A stretch of 38,624 nt of DNA from Candidatus Falkowbacteria bacterium CG02_land_8_20_14_3_00_36_14 (GCA_002781265.1 PETS01000021.1:1-38624); one strand, 5' to 3'. Counted from the first letter of the stretch, positions 1-10,400 are shown. A program made the numbers and translations. Notes: generated from the letters alone by a model not told the origin.

Positions 1-104
1 CGATTTTAACGGCTGCCAAATAGATAAATTAGGCAAGTATGACATTTCTACTTTGCCCAATGGTATGACATTTCTAAATAGCCTTTACATTAACGTTTTA
101 TTAT

Positions 105-133
105 TTGACTGGTATATGCAAAAAGAGTAAGAT
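105..133 (+). promoter_or_regulatory. sigma70-like promoter for rlmN (TTGACT - 17 nt - TAAGAT)
   Basis: The -35 TTGACT is at 105-110 and the -10 TAAGAT at 128-133. The -10 ends 6 nt before the ATG at 140 and there is no SD, so the transcript may be leaderless. Confidence 0.4.
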
Positions 134-139
134 TCTATT

Positions 140-1138
140 ATGGATTTAAATAATTTAAAAATAATTTTAAAAGATGAGCCGTCCTACCGCTACCGGCAGG
201 TGGAGAAGGCGATTTATAAAGATTTAATAAATGATTGGGCAGAGGCGACCAACTTGCCTAAAAATTTAAGGCAGAAGTTAAATCATGAATGTCCGCTGGC
301 TATCAATGGCGAAATTTTTAAATCAAAAGATAATAAAACCATTAAAGCGGTTATTTCTTTAGCTGATGGGAAAAAAATAGAATCTGTTTTAATGCGCCAT
401 CGCGGCGGGCGCAATTCCATTTGTGTTTCTTCCCAGGTCGGCTGCCTTTTGGGCTGTCAATTTTGCGCTACTGGCGCTATGGGCTACAAAAGGAATTTGA
501 ATAAAAGCGAGATCATAGAGCAGTTTTTATTTCTAGCCAGATACCTGAATAAAATTAATCCGTTGGAAAAAATTTCCAATGTGATATTCATGGGCATGGG
601 CGAGCCGTTTTTAAATTATGAAAATGTTCTCGGCGCCATTTATGATATCAACGACCAAAATAAAATCGGCTTGGGCGCCCGCCATATTTCCATTTCTACC
701 GCCGGCATCATTGATGGCATAAAAAAATTAGCCAAAGAAAAATTACAGATTAATTTAGCCATTTCCCTGCACGCTCCGGATGATAAATTAAGATCGGAAT
801 TAATGCCGATTAATAAGCGCTATCCCTTGCCGAAATTGTTGGCCGCCGTGGATAATTATATTATTAAGACTTCCCGCCGGGTGATGTTTGAATATTTATT
901 AATTGATAATATCAATGATACTTTTACGCAATCTAAAAAATTAGCCGTACTAATGAAAAAGCCGCTTTATTTGGTTAACTTGATTTCTTATAATCCAACT
1001 GGAAAATTTGAGCCGTCTTCCCGAGAAGCTATTAAAAAATTTAGAAATATTTTGGAAAAAGAAGGAGTAGCCGTCACTCAAAGGAACAGCCTCGGCCAGG
1101 ATATAAACGCCGCCTGCGGACAATTGGCACAAATTTAA
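140..1138 (+). CDS. rlmN: 23S rRNA/tRNA adenine-C2 methyltransferase RlmN (radical SAM)
   Basis: 332-aa ORF with the radical-SAM CxxxCxxC motif (CLLGCQFCATG), MGMGEP, and the C-terminal AACGQL motif typical of the RlmN/Cfr family. Confidence 0.9.
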   Translation: MDLNNLKIILKDEPSYRYRQVEKAIYKDLINDWAEATNLPKNLRQKLNHECPLAINGEIFKSKDNKTIKAVISLADGKKIESVLMRHRGGRNSICVSSQVGCLLGCQFCATGAMGYKRNLNKSEIIEQFLFLARYLNKINPLEKISNVIFMGMGEPFLNYENVLGAIYDINDQNKIGLGARHISISTAGIIDGIKKLAKEKLQINLAISLHAPDDKLRSELMPINKRYPLPKLLAAVDNYIIKTSRRVMFEYLLIDNINDTFTQSKKLAVLMKKPLYLVNLISYNPTGKFEPSSREAIKKFRNILEKEGVAVTQRNSLGQDINAACGQLAQI

Positions 1139-1170
1139 AATATTTTTATTTAATATTAATTATTTTATTT

Positions 1171-1211
1171 AGACAGCCGATGTCCAATTGGACATCGGCT
1201 GTCTTTGTCTT
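1171..1211 (+). terminator. Rho-independent terminator after rlmN
   Basis: Perfect 34-bp palindrome AGACAGCCGATGTCCAATTGGACATCGGCTGTCT (1171-1204) followed by the T-rich TTGTCTT. Confidence 0.7.
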
Positions 1212-1288
1212 ATAATATATAATTGGTTCTTATTAATATTGTTATTATGCAATAAAAGATGTATTATATTATAGGGTTATAATAATTT

Positions 1289-2074
1289 ATGATAGAAGTA
1301 AAAAATTTAACAAAAAAATTCAATGATTTTATAGCGGTTGACAATCTCTCTTTTTCGGTAAAGAAAGGAGAGATATTTGCTTTTTTAGGTCCGAATGGAG
1401 CCGGTAAAACCACCTGCATAAAAATATTTACTACTTTATTAAAGCCGACAGCCGGCGAAGTTTTTATTAATGGAATTAATCCGGTGGAAAATCCCAATAA
1501 AGTAAGAAAATTATTCGGGATAATATTTCAGGACCAGAGTTTGGATGATGAACTGACCGTTCTGGAAAATATGAATTTTCACGGAGTCTTATACGGCGTA
1601 GCCAAAGATTTGAGGATTAATAGAATTGAAGAGCTTTTAAAAATGGTTGAATTATGGGAGCGGAGGAATGAACTGGTGAAGAATTTTTCCGGCGGGATGA
1701 AAAGGCGCTTGGAAATTGCCCGCGGGCTTCTGCACCACCCAAAAATTATTTTTTTAGATGAGCCCACCTTGGGGCTTGATCCGCAGACTAGAAACCATAT
1801 CTGGAATTATATAAAAGAACTTAATCAGAAGAAAAATATTACCGTATTTTTTACCACCCATTATATGGAAGAAGCGGCTAAGGTGGCGGATAGAATCGCT
1901 ATTATTGATAAAGGCGTAATTACAGCCGAAGGCACGGCGGCAGAATTAATAAACATAACAAACACCAATTCCTTGGAAGAAGCATTTTTAAAATTAACCG
2001 GAAAAATTATCCGCGAAGAGGGAGAAAAAAATATTGATCAATTAAGAATGCAGAGAAAATTATGGAAAAGATAA
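1289..2074 (+). CDS. ABC transporter ATP-binding protein (ABC-2/DrrA-like)
   Basis: Walker A GPNGAGKTT, signature FSGGMKRRLEIA, Walker B IIFLDEPTLGLD, H-loop TTHYMEEA. Confidence 0.9.
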   Translation: MIEVKNLTKKFNDFIAVDNLSFSVKKGEIFAFLGPNGAGKTTCIKIFTTLLKPTAGEVFINGINPVENPNKVRKLFGIIFQDQSLDDELTVLENMNFHGVLYGVAKDLRINRIEELLKMVELWERRNELVKNFSGGMKRRLEIARGLLHHPKIIFLDEPTLGLDPQTRNHIWNYIKELNQKKNITVFFTTHYMEEAAKVADRIAIIDKGVITAEGTAAELINITNTNSLEEAFLKLTGKIIREEGEKNIDQLRMQRKLWKR

Positions 2075-2829
2075 AACGCACAATTTATATTATCGCCATT
2101 CTTTGGCTGAGGCAGATAAAACGCTATATCCGCTCGCGCACTCGCATGCTTGGCTCTTTGGGCCAGCCGATTTTATTTTTGGTGGCCCTTGGCTTTGGCT
2201 TCGGTCCCATATTTGAAAAAGCCGGCGGTGGGGATTATATCCAGTTTTTAGCGCCGGGTATAATTGCTATGACTATTATTTTCACGGCCATATTTTCCGG
2301 CATTGAAGTGATTGCCGACAAGCAGTTTGGATTTTTAAAAGAAACTTTAGTGGCGCCGGTGTCCCGCTATTCTATAATGATCGGTCGGACATTGGGCGGC
2401 GCGACCGTGGCCGTAGTGCAGGGAATAATTATTTTTATTCTGGCTGTAATTATCGGTTTTCATCCTTTAATTACTTTAAGTTTTCCTTTAGCATTCGTTT
2501 ATATGATATTAATTGCTTTGTTTTTTACCGGTTTGGGTACGGCTATCGGCTCAGTACTGGATGATATGCATGCCTTTCCTTTAATAATAAATTTTTTAAT
2601 TATGCCTTTATTTTTTCTTTCCGGCGCTCTTTTTCCTTTAAAGAATCTGTCTCAAGCTATAAATATAGCCGCCATGATTAATCCTCTTTCCTATGGAGTT
2701 GACGGCATTAGAGGCGTACTGGTCGGTCAGGTTCATTTCGGCCTTTTAACCGATTTTACGGTTTTGGTTGCTTTTTCCGTGTTTATTCTTTTCCTAGGTA
2801 GTTATTTATTTTCAAAAATTAAGGTTTAA
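2062..2829 (+). CDS. ABC-2 type transporter permease
   Basis: 255 aa with multiple hydrophobic helices. It overlaps the ATPase gene by 13 nt (translational coupling), the typical ABC-2 exporter pair arrangement. Confidence 0.85.
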   Translation: MEKIKRTIYIIAILWLRQIKRYIRSRTRMLGSLGQPILFLVALGFGFGPIFEKAGGGDYIQFLAPGIIAMTIIFTAIFSGIEVIADKQFGFLKETLVAPVSRYSIMIGRTLGGATVAVVQGIIIFILAVIIGFHPLITLSFPLAFVYMILIALFFTGLGTAIGSVLDDMHAFPLIINFLIMPLFFLSGALFPLKNLSQAINIAAMINPLSYGVDGIRGVLVGQVHFGLLTDFTVLVAFSVFILFLGSYLFSKIKV

Positions 2830-2838
2830 TACTATTTA

Positions 2839-3408
2839 ATGGATAAAAAAATAAAAATTAAGGGTGAAGATATTAATTACAAAATCAGGAAAAGCCGGCG
2901 GGCAAGAAGATTGCGTCTGGCTGTTTATTGCGATACCAGCATTATTGTAACCATGCCGAGGGGGGCGGTGGAAAATGCCGCGGAGAAATTCTTAATTGCT
3001 AAAGCAAATTGGCTTTTAAAAAAGATAAATTATTTTAAAAAATATAAAAATACCTCTTTGTCCAAATTTTCCCGAGGAGATTATTTTAAAAAGAAAAAAG
3101 ACGCTTTTAATTTAATAATAGAAAAAATTTATTATTATAATAAAATATATAATTTTAAATTCAATAGAATTTCTATCAGAAACCAGAAAACCAGATGGGG
3201 GAGCTGTTCGAAAAAAGGAAATTTAAATTTTAACTATAAAATAATCTATTTATCCCTGAAATTAGCTGATTATATAATAGTCCATGAATTATGCCATTTG
3301 CAGGAATTCAACCATTCCAGCCAGTTTTGGAATTTGGTGGCTAGAAGCTTTCCGGATTATAAGATAATCAAAAAACAGCTTACAAAAGAAGGACTATTAC
3401 TATATTGA
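2839..3408 (+). CDS. YgjP-like (DUF45) M48-family metal-dependent hydrolase
   Basis: RWGSCS motif plus the HExxH motif HELCHL near the C-terminus; 189 aa. Confidence 0.85.
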   Translation: MDKKIKIKGEDINYKIRKSRRARRLRLAVYCDTSIIVTMPRGAVENAAEKFLIAKANWLLKKINYFKKYKNTSLSKFSRGDYFKKKKDAFNLIIEKIYYYNKIYNFKFNRISIRNQKTRWGSCSKKGNLNFNYKIIYLSLKLADYIIVHELCHLQEFNHSSQFWNLVARSFPDYKIIKKQLTKEGLLLY

Positions 3409-3454
3409 ATAAATCCCCTTACCCTTGTCAGGGTAAAACAAGGAAAAGCGTGTA

Positions 3455-3483
3455 TTGAATGAAGCTCTAAATAATGGTAAAAT
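3455..3483 (+). promoter_or_regulatory. sigma70-like promoter (TTGAAT - 17 nt - TAAAAT)
   Basis: -35 at 3455-3460 and -10 at 3478-3483, 18 nt upstream of the ATG at 3502. A weak AGGAAA SD-like run lies between them. Confidence 0.4.
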
Positions 3484-3501
3484 ATAGGAAATAATAAAAC
3501 T

Positions 3502-4164
3502 ATGAATATTTTTCATAATAATGAAAATGAAAAAAGGGAAAAGGAAAGGTTGGCGGTTATTAATTTTTCCCGCGCATTTTTCGCCGGCATAATAATATTT
3601 GAAATATTAAATTTTTTAAAAATTTTAGAATTTAATACTCAATTTACCTGGTTGGGCCTGGTTATTACTTCAATCATGATGCTGGGCCTGTTAGAAGTTA
3701 CCGCTTATAAATACAAAAAGAAAAAGGGGCACTATCTGCATTGGTCTATTTGGATAATTGTGGCTCTAAGCATCGGTTTGGATGCGGCTGGAGACTTTTT
3801 TCATTTATATGGAAAAATTTACTGGTGGGACCAGGCTGTTCATTTTTTTGTCAGCGCGGTTATAACCTTTACTTTATTTGTGGTAATCAGCTCTTTTTGG
3901 ATTGATAAATTTAAATACAGCTTGCTTTTTAAAACCGGCCGGTTTGAACTGTCACTTTTTTTAGCCGCCACTTCAACCGTGAGCTTAGGGGCGTTTTATG
4001 AGATAGAAGAATACCTGGAAGATGTTATTTTCCATACCAACCGTTTGGGGCCGGGAGCCGATACGGCTAATGATTTATTTTTAAATGTTTCCGGGGCGGC
4101 AACAACTGTAATTTTGCTTATAATTTATTATTTAATAACTCACAAAAGAAAAGTTTTTGATTAA
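3502..4164 (+). CDS. polytopic membrane protein, possibly YjdF/DUF2238-like
   Basis: 220 aa with about 5-6 hydrophobic helices. The WDQAVHF and YEIEEYLED motifs recall YjdF-type proteins, but this is weak recall only. Confidence 0.65.
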   Translation: MNIFHNNENEKREKERLAVINFSRAFFAGIIIFEILNFLKILEFNTQFTWLGLVITSIMMLGLLEVTAYKYKKKKGHYLHWSIWIIVALSIGLDAAGDFFHLYGKIYWWDQAVHFFVSAVITFTLFVVISSFWIDKFKYSLLFKTGRFELSLFLAATSTVSLGAFYEIEEYLEDVIFHTNRLGPGADTANDLFLNVSGAATTVILLIIYYLITHKRKVFD

Positions 4165-4306
4165 TTTTTTATTTATATTATTTAGGGTATAAAAAAATTA
4201 AATAAATAGTCAGAGTTTTATCATCAGCGATATATTATAATTATAAAGAAGTTGTTTAGATTTTAAAATCTATATTAAAATTATTATAAATAAATACTTG
4301 ATTTTA

Positions 4307-4335
4307 TTGGCTTTTTTTTGATTTTAGTATATAAT
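4307..4335 (+). promoter_or_regulatory. sigma70-like promoter for HU gene (TTGGCT - 17 nt - TATAAT)
   Basis: -35 at 4307-4312 and a consensus -10 TATAAT at 4330-4335. The leader would be about 80 nt. Confidence 0.4.
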
Positions 4336-4420
4336 GTTTATATTAGAAGCAATAATCTGTGGATAAGAGTAATGTTTTAAATAATTAAATATTTAATTAA
4401 TTAAGCTAAATAAAAAAATT

Positions 4421-4702
4421 ATGGCAAAAATGACAAAATCTCAAATCTTAGCGTCATTAGCTGAGAGCACTAATCTTAGCAAAAAAGACGTGGATAATTT
4501 GCTGGAAAATTTAACTAATTTGGCCTACAAAGAAGTTAAGTCAAGCGGAGAATTCGTTGTCCCAGGCATTGGAAAATTAGTGAAGGTAAACCGCAAAGCC
4601 AGAATGGGCCGAAATCCCGCTACTGGCGCTTCTATCCAGATTCCGGCTAAAACAGTGGTAAAGTTCAGAATTGCCAAAGCCGCCAAAGAAGCAGTATTGT
4701 AA
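4421..4702 (+). CDS. hup: HU family nucleoid DNA-binding protein
   Basis: 93 aa with the GKLVKVNRKARMGRNPATG...IPAKTVVKFR beta-arm motif typical of HU/IHF. Confidence 0.92.
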   Translation: MAKMTKSQILASLAESTNLSKKDVDNLLENLTNLAYKEVKSSGEFVVPGIGKLVKVNRKARMGRNPATGASIQIPAKTVVKFRIAKAAKEAVL

Positions 4703-4728
4703 TCAATCATTGAATATTCATTCAATAT

Positions 4729-4760
4729 AAAAAACACCCCCTAATTAGGGAGTGTTTTTT
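4729..4760. terminator. bidirectional terminator between convergent hup and the 898-aa gene
   Basis: Hairpin AAAAAACACcCCCTAATTAGGGaGTGTTTTTT, with an A-run on the left and a T-run on the right. Confidence 0.7.
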
Positions 4761-4778
4761 ATATTTGGGTGTTAAATT

Positions 4779-7475
4779 TTATCTTGTAGCCCCAGAATAA
4801 GCTATTGCCCTAACAATGTCCCAGGCAGAAGCTGTTGATGGGTTATAGCCGTATATAGCTTTAAATGTTTTAATAGCCGTTTTTTCGGAATTTAAGTTTC
4901 TATCAGACGGACGCAAGCCATAGGCCATAACTATGACAGCGGCATCATCATGCGGATTAGACCTATTCGGTTCTCTTAAGTATGTTTTTTTAAATGAAGC
5001 GGTGGCATTAGCTTCAGACAAGTCGTTTTTCTCCGAAGGCCATCGGCCATTGGCAATTTTAATGGCATCATTCCATTCTTCTTCTGATTTTGGCAGTTTG
5101 CCAAAAGCGGATTTATAAGAATTAACTACCCCGGCTCGTTCGCCTTCGCCTAAAAAGATAGTTGTTTTAGTGCCATAAGCGATAAAATTATTAATAGCAT
5201 TAACATTATCTTTAGACAGGCCGGACGCGTCTTTAATTAAATCAGAAACATATTTTTTAACGCTCACTTGCTCTTTGGCTAAATCCCTCTTAAAGCCAAG
5301 CTTTCCTAATAGGGCATTAACATTGGCCTTGATTATATCAGCGGCTTCAGTGGCAATAGTAATTATTTTTTGGGCAAACTCTTCTGTTATTTGGGCGGTC
5401 TTGTCCGCGACTTCTTCAATTTTTGCTTTAGTTTCATTGATTATTTCCGGTAAAGTGGTTTTGATTTCACTGCCGCAAGCTCTTTTTCTGGAATCTTCTT
5501 GAGCAGAAGTAAGAACGCAACCAGTAGGGGACTGGGATAAAATATTTCTATATTCCCAGCCATCAGTACAAATACCCTGCCATACATTATAAGTGGCCGT
5601 GGTGCAGTTTGAAGCAGACAGGCCGCTTGAATTGCCGCCACTGCTTGAAGACGCACAGCTATTGCCGCTTTGAGTATAGCCGGAATTGCATGTAATAGCG
5701 CAATTGGCGCCTACTGTTCCATTAGAGACTGTTTTATTGGAGCAAACTTGCAGTGCGGTTGAACTGGCCAAGGCGGTTTCATTGCCGCCGTCGTCAGCCG
5801 CGGTTACTTTATAATAATAACTAGTCCAGGAACTTGCGGCGGAATCAGAGTACGTTGTTCCGGAAATATCGCTGGTGTTAATCTGGGCATAGGTTGAGCC
5901 GTCAGTTGAACGGTAGACTTCATAACCAAGAAGATCGGTGATGGGGGTGGTGTTCAAGTTAGTGGTAACCGCTGTCCAAGAAAGAGCCACGGAAGTTCCG
6001 GAGCCGCTTGATTGGGCAAGGCCGGTGGGAGAAGCTGGAAAGAGAGAGTCCTGGGGTTGGGTAGCCGAGAAGACGGTCAAGTGGTTTGTTTTTCCAGTCA
6101 ATACCAATTTGTAATCATAGTAGCTTGTGCCGGCGGTTAAAGCGTCAATAAATACTTCATAGCCGGTTTGGGTGGCGCTGTCCGCGACTTGCGTCCATTC
6201 AGTATCTGAGACAGCGGATTTATAATAGGCGTTTCTTACGACCGAGCTTAAATTGATCCAGTTGTTCAAAGAATTATCCCAGTAGCTGGCGGTTAAATTT
6301 TTTAACTTGGAATAATCAATAATATTCATAGCCGCGATATCCGCTTTATAATAAACAAGCTCAATGTCTAAATAAACGTCTTCGCCCAGAGTATTAATGG
6401 CGGTGTTATTGCTATCGGTCGCGGAAACGGTTTTACCGAGTCCGCCTAATGGTTCGGCCGAAGTTGTCTCGGTAACAGCGGCTGTTTCTTGAATGGTTAA
6501 GTTGCCGCTATTGGAATCGTCTCCTAAAGCGTATGGTGGAGCGGTAATTTTTACGCCAGTGCCGTCTGAAGCTGTATCATCAACAGTGCCTCCGGAAGCC
6601 GGAGTAATTGATTTGGATTTTATGTTCATCGTCCAGTTGGAATCGCTGGTTAAAGCGATATTTATACCGCTTTGCGAAATACCGCCGGTTACCGTGATAT
6701 TGGTTTTTGTATTCGCGACTCTATAACTCCCGTCTTTATAGCCGTTAGCTCCGGCGCTTACTTTCCATAAACCATTAGATACAGCTAATGAATAAATACC
6801 GGTAGCGTCGGCCGCGCTATAAGCCATAGCGCCGTTAGTTGTTTCTTCGGCCCAGACCCAGGTGTTGGGCAGGGCTTCAGTGGAAGTTGAGTAAGTGCCG
6901 CTTAAGTCAGTATCAACATAAACCCGGCCGGAAATGGTGGTCGCGCCGACTGCGGTAAGAGTAATAGTATTGGCAGTAGAGCTGGCTGTGCCGGAAATGC
7001 TTGTTGGTTGGGGAGAAAGGTAATTCGGCTTATCCGCGCCTAATTTATAATTGCCGCTTGCTAGTTTAGGCACAGTCAAAGAGAATGTTCCGTTAGAGCC
7101 GGATTCGGCGCCGGTAAAGAAGTTGGAGGATGGGTTGCCGATCCAGACCCAGGCATTGGCAACAGCGGCTCCGTCTGTAACCGAACCGGCAACAGTAATA
7201 GTGCCGGTTGTAGCATCCGGAAGAGTAAAGTAGACGGCGCGCGGCATGTTGGTTACTTTAATAGATTCGTAAGTATTGCTTAAGAGCGCGCGGCTGGCGG
7301 CGGTAGGAGAGTAAGAGCCGTAGCCAGGAATATCAAGATGCATCTGATAGAATTTGCCAGACGCGGAACCTTTTACTTTAATAGTGGAAGTCGCGGCTAA
7401 TCCGTTTATGTCGGTAAAAGAGCGATAGCCGGTAGGTTTAGGGTTGCCTCCATCAATAAGCCACTTCTTCAACAA
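4779..7475 (-). CDS. large extracellular-type repeat protein (CarboxypepD_reg-like repeats, FN3, Cys-rich segment, tandem C-terminal module); possibly the C-terminal part of the upstream giant gene
   Basis: 898-aa ORF whose only start is a TTG, with no SD and no signal peptide. An FN3-like segment reads LSWTAV...GYEVYRS...YYYKVTAADDGGNE. Beta-sandwich repeats read ISGRVYVD...NGLWKVSA. Confidence 0.7.
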   Translation of the reverse strand: MLKKWLIDGGNPKPTGYRSFTDINGLAATSTIKVKGSASGKFYQMHLDIPGYGSYSPTAASRALLSNTYESIKVTNMPRAVYFTLPDATTGTITVAGSVTDGAAVANAWVWIGNPSSNFFTGAESGSNGTFSLTVPKLASGNYKLGADKPNYLSPQPTSISGTASSTANTITLTAVGATTISGRVYVDTDLSGTYSTSTEALPNTWVWAEETTNGAMAYSAADATGIYSLAVSNGLWKVSAGANGYKDGSYRVANTKTNITVTGGISQSGINIALTSDSNWTMNIKSKSITPASGGTVDDTASDGTGVKITAPPYALGDDSNSGNLTIQETAAVTETTSAEPLGGLGKTVSATDSNNTAINTLGEDVYLDIELVYYKADIAAMNIIDYSKLKNLTASYWDNSLNNWINLSSVVRNAYYKSAVSDTEWTQVADSATQTGYEVFIDALTAGTSYYDYKLVLTGKTNHLTVFSATQPQDSLFPASPTGLAQSSGSGTSVALSWTAVTTNLNTTPITDLLGYEVYRSTDGSTYAQINTSDISGTTYSDSAASSWTSYYYKVTAADDGGNETALASSTALQVCSNKTVSNGTVGANCAITCNSGYTQSGNSCASSSSGGNSSGLSASNCTTATYNVWQGICTDGWEYRNILSQSPTGCVLTSAQEDSRKRACGSEIKTTLPEIINETKAKIEEVADKTAQITEEFAQKIITIATEAADIIKANVNALLGKLGFKRDLAKEQVSVKKYVSDLIKDASGLSKDNVNAINNFIAYGTKTTIFLGEGERAGVVNSYKSAFGKLPKSEEEWNDAIKIANGRWPSEKNDLSEANATASFKKTYLREPNRSNPHDDAAVIVMAYGLRPSDRNLNSEKTAIKTFKAIYGYNPSTASAWDIVRAIAYSGATR

Positions 7476-10400
7476 AGAGGAAGCCGTGCTGGCCGGCAGT
7501 GCCGTTATTGAATTGGAGAGAAATAACTTGGAGATCGGCGGCGGCTACCGTAATATTTGCCGTGGTAGTGGCGGCGGAAAGGTTTAAGTTAGCTTGCGAG
7601 TTGGCGAATTGATCATAGTCAAGTTCATTCTCGCCGTAATTTGGCGTCCAAATATCTACGCGGTAATATCCTGTTGGCGCGCTGATGGTATAAGCGCCAT
7701 TGGCATCAGTAGAAGCGAAATATTCTCGGCCGGCAAGAGTTTCCGGGGTACCGTCGGAATTAGCGTCAGTGTATTTTACCGCTCGGATAGGCATGTAAGT
7801 TTGCGCCGAGCCGTCAATGGTTACGGTGCCGGAAATATTATAGAAACTAACTCCAGTCACCGGCCTTAAGTTGATGTTTGATTGGTTGGCGCTATTAACC
7901 GTGACCGCACTGTCGTATTGCAGCCAACCCACGCCTGGAGCGTCAGCTTCTATTGTCCATAAGCCGTTGTCAACATAAAGAATATAATTGCCCGAAGAAT
8001 CAGTCATTGTGTCCGAGTGTTCGGTGCCTCCGGAAACATAAGCCCAGACCGGAGCGTTTGGGACGGCTTGCCCCGAAGAGTTTAGGACTTTGCCAGAGAT
8101 GGTGTAAGCCGGCCTTTTTAGTTTTAACCGCAGGGGGTTTGTGCCGGCGTTATTATTGGAAGCGTCAGAAATAATCATTCCATTCAAATAGACATCGGCT
8201 GTAGTGTTGCCGTCCATGCCGACCGAGTTGGTGATTACATTAACAGACTTTTCCTGCGAATTGGGCATGCCGGGCTTAAAGGCGCCGATTGTCCAGTTGC
8301 CGGTGGAAGTGATTTTAAGGGTAAATTTGCCGTTTGTGTCCGCGGTAGCGTGGCTATTGCCAAAGTTTTGCGGCTGGTAAGCGTAGACTTCGGCCGAGCC
8401 CATGCCGTTTCCCGAATCGTCAATCACAAAACCGTTTATTGTCATTAGCGTCTGTCCGCTGATATTGAAAAATATTTTTTTATCATTATTGCCGCCTGAT
8501 GTTTCACGCACAGAAGTGATCGTATCGTTAGCGGCTGGAAGCGCGCTCCAATTTCCTTGCGGAGTGACAGTTATAGAGGTATTGATTATTAAAGACGTGA
8601 TAGTGGTGGTGGCCGCGGCCGCGCCAGTGGCAAAAGTTACCACATCGCCGACCTGTAAATTATTAGTATTCGCCATATTAAGCTGGACTGGCTCGGTATT
8701 GCCGATAGCGGCGTTAGAAGAATCGCCATCAGGATCAAGAGCTCTACTGGTGGCGGTTTCAATGCCGACCGTGACATTTACCATCATAGGCGGCATCCAG
8801 TCAGGCATTGGCGACGGGCCGGCCATCGGTCCTTTGGGCATCGCTGGTCCTACGCCGATTGACCAACTGCCTTCGGTTAAGTAAAAGGTGGCGTTAGGAT
8901 TAGTATTGCCTACATCATTTAAGGTTTTAACTTTGAACGCTGAAGGCGAATTGGCAAAAATATCAACATCATCGGCTACTCCGCTAGTTGAATAGTCGCC
9001 GGATAGATAAACCGTGACTGCGGCTTTGCCGGCGCCAGCCGCGTCTTGTTCAAGAGTAATGCTTTTTGAAGTCGCTCCGCTTACTGCGATAAATTCAGGC
9101 ATTGTTTTTCCCAAGTAGCTGTTTGAGCCGATAGTAACATACGGGTCGGTAAAGAGCATATAATCGCCGGAAATTAAATTAAAGAAAGTGGATGTGCCAA
9201 TGTCGTTGGAAAAAGTCGTAGTGTCGGCTTCCATCGGGCCGGTCATAAATGAGCCGAGGTAAATACTGGCGGTGCCGTCGTCTTGATTGACATTATTAGT
9301 GTTAACCACAACCGTTAAACTATCCGAACCGCTTTCGCTGATAAAGAAAGGCATAGTCATTATATTTTCCAAAAGACCGCCGTCAGAAGATTTTGTTTTA
9401 ATGTCCACAGAGTAGCCGGAGGTACCGAAGCCCTTAGGTACGGAAGAGTTTATAATGCCTTTTAAATCAAAATGCAAAAAGTCAATAAAGCCGTCCGGTC
9501 CGGTAGCAGTATTCAACATATTACTGGAAGAAGTGGCAATATCCAATTTTACGGTAATGACCGTATTGGAAGTTGAGGCTACGCCGCCCACGCCGGGTGA
9601 CAAAGTCGCGTCAAAAGTAATCGTGCCGCCTCCTTGATTATTCATATCATTATTAACCGGCGAGAAAGAGTCCTTAGATACCCCGGTTACATTAAAGCCG
9701 TTCGGGAAGGTAAGAACAATCTGCATGCCGTCTTGAAGAGCTATGGTAACCGGTATGTCAATAAAATAATTGGAAGTTTGTCCGGCCATACCGTTCATCG
9801 GGAAAGCGCCGCCGCCGAACATTCCCATTTTACCCATATCCATTCCCGGGCCGGAATTAGTAGTTGCTCCGCTTATTGGACCGCCGCCGCTCGCCATCAT
9901 TCCGCCGCCCGATGGTCCAAGCATGCCGTAGGTTTCGGCGCTGTCTTTTATCGGGTTGTGCGAGCCGTTATTATGCGTGGCGCTCCCCGCGCGGTTGCCG
10001 GTATCGGTAATAGCGTTGCCTGAGCGGTCAGTGGCATTGTCAACGAAAATTTGGAAAGAATCCGAAGCGCAGTCGTCGAATATTTGGTCGCCGCACATAT
10101 CTATGCCTTTTAAGGTGACGGTTTGAGTGTAAGCGTCGTAAGAAAGAGTTACGCCGGTTAGTGTTGACATTTGATTGCCGCCGACTGTGTCATACGGAGC
10201 AACGGCTGTAGCCGAGCAGGACCAACTGCCTGGCGTAGAGCAAGCGCCGCTTGCCAAAGTGTTAAGGTAATAATTGGCCGGATTTAAAACAGATGTTGTC
10301 CAGCCGGTTTCAGTCTTGGAAGCCGCGTTCATCGGTTCGGAGAAAGTGACCGCGATTTGGTAATCGTCGCCGTTGGCGTAAAGCACTTCCGGAGTATTAG

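Noticed and set aside
1278-1283. TATAAT hexamer 5 nt upstream of the ABC ATPase ATG, as another leaderless promoter.
   Set aside because: There is no acceptable -35 or extended -10 at 16-18 nt. In DNA this AT-rich, a lone TATAAT is not evidence.
7453-7475. Programmed +1 frameshift (prfB-like) at GCU UAU UGA U, joining the two giant ORFs.
   Set aside because: The P-site codon UAU cannot re-pair in the +1 frame (AUU) the way CUU to UUU does in prfB. I also see no SD-like stimulator at the right distance upstream. An indel or genuinely separate genes are likelier.
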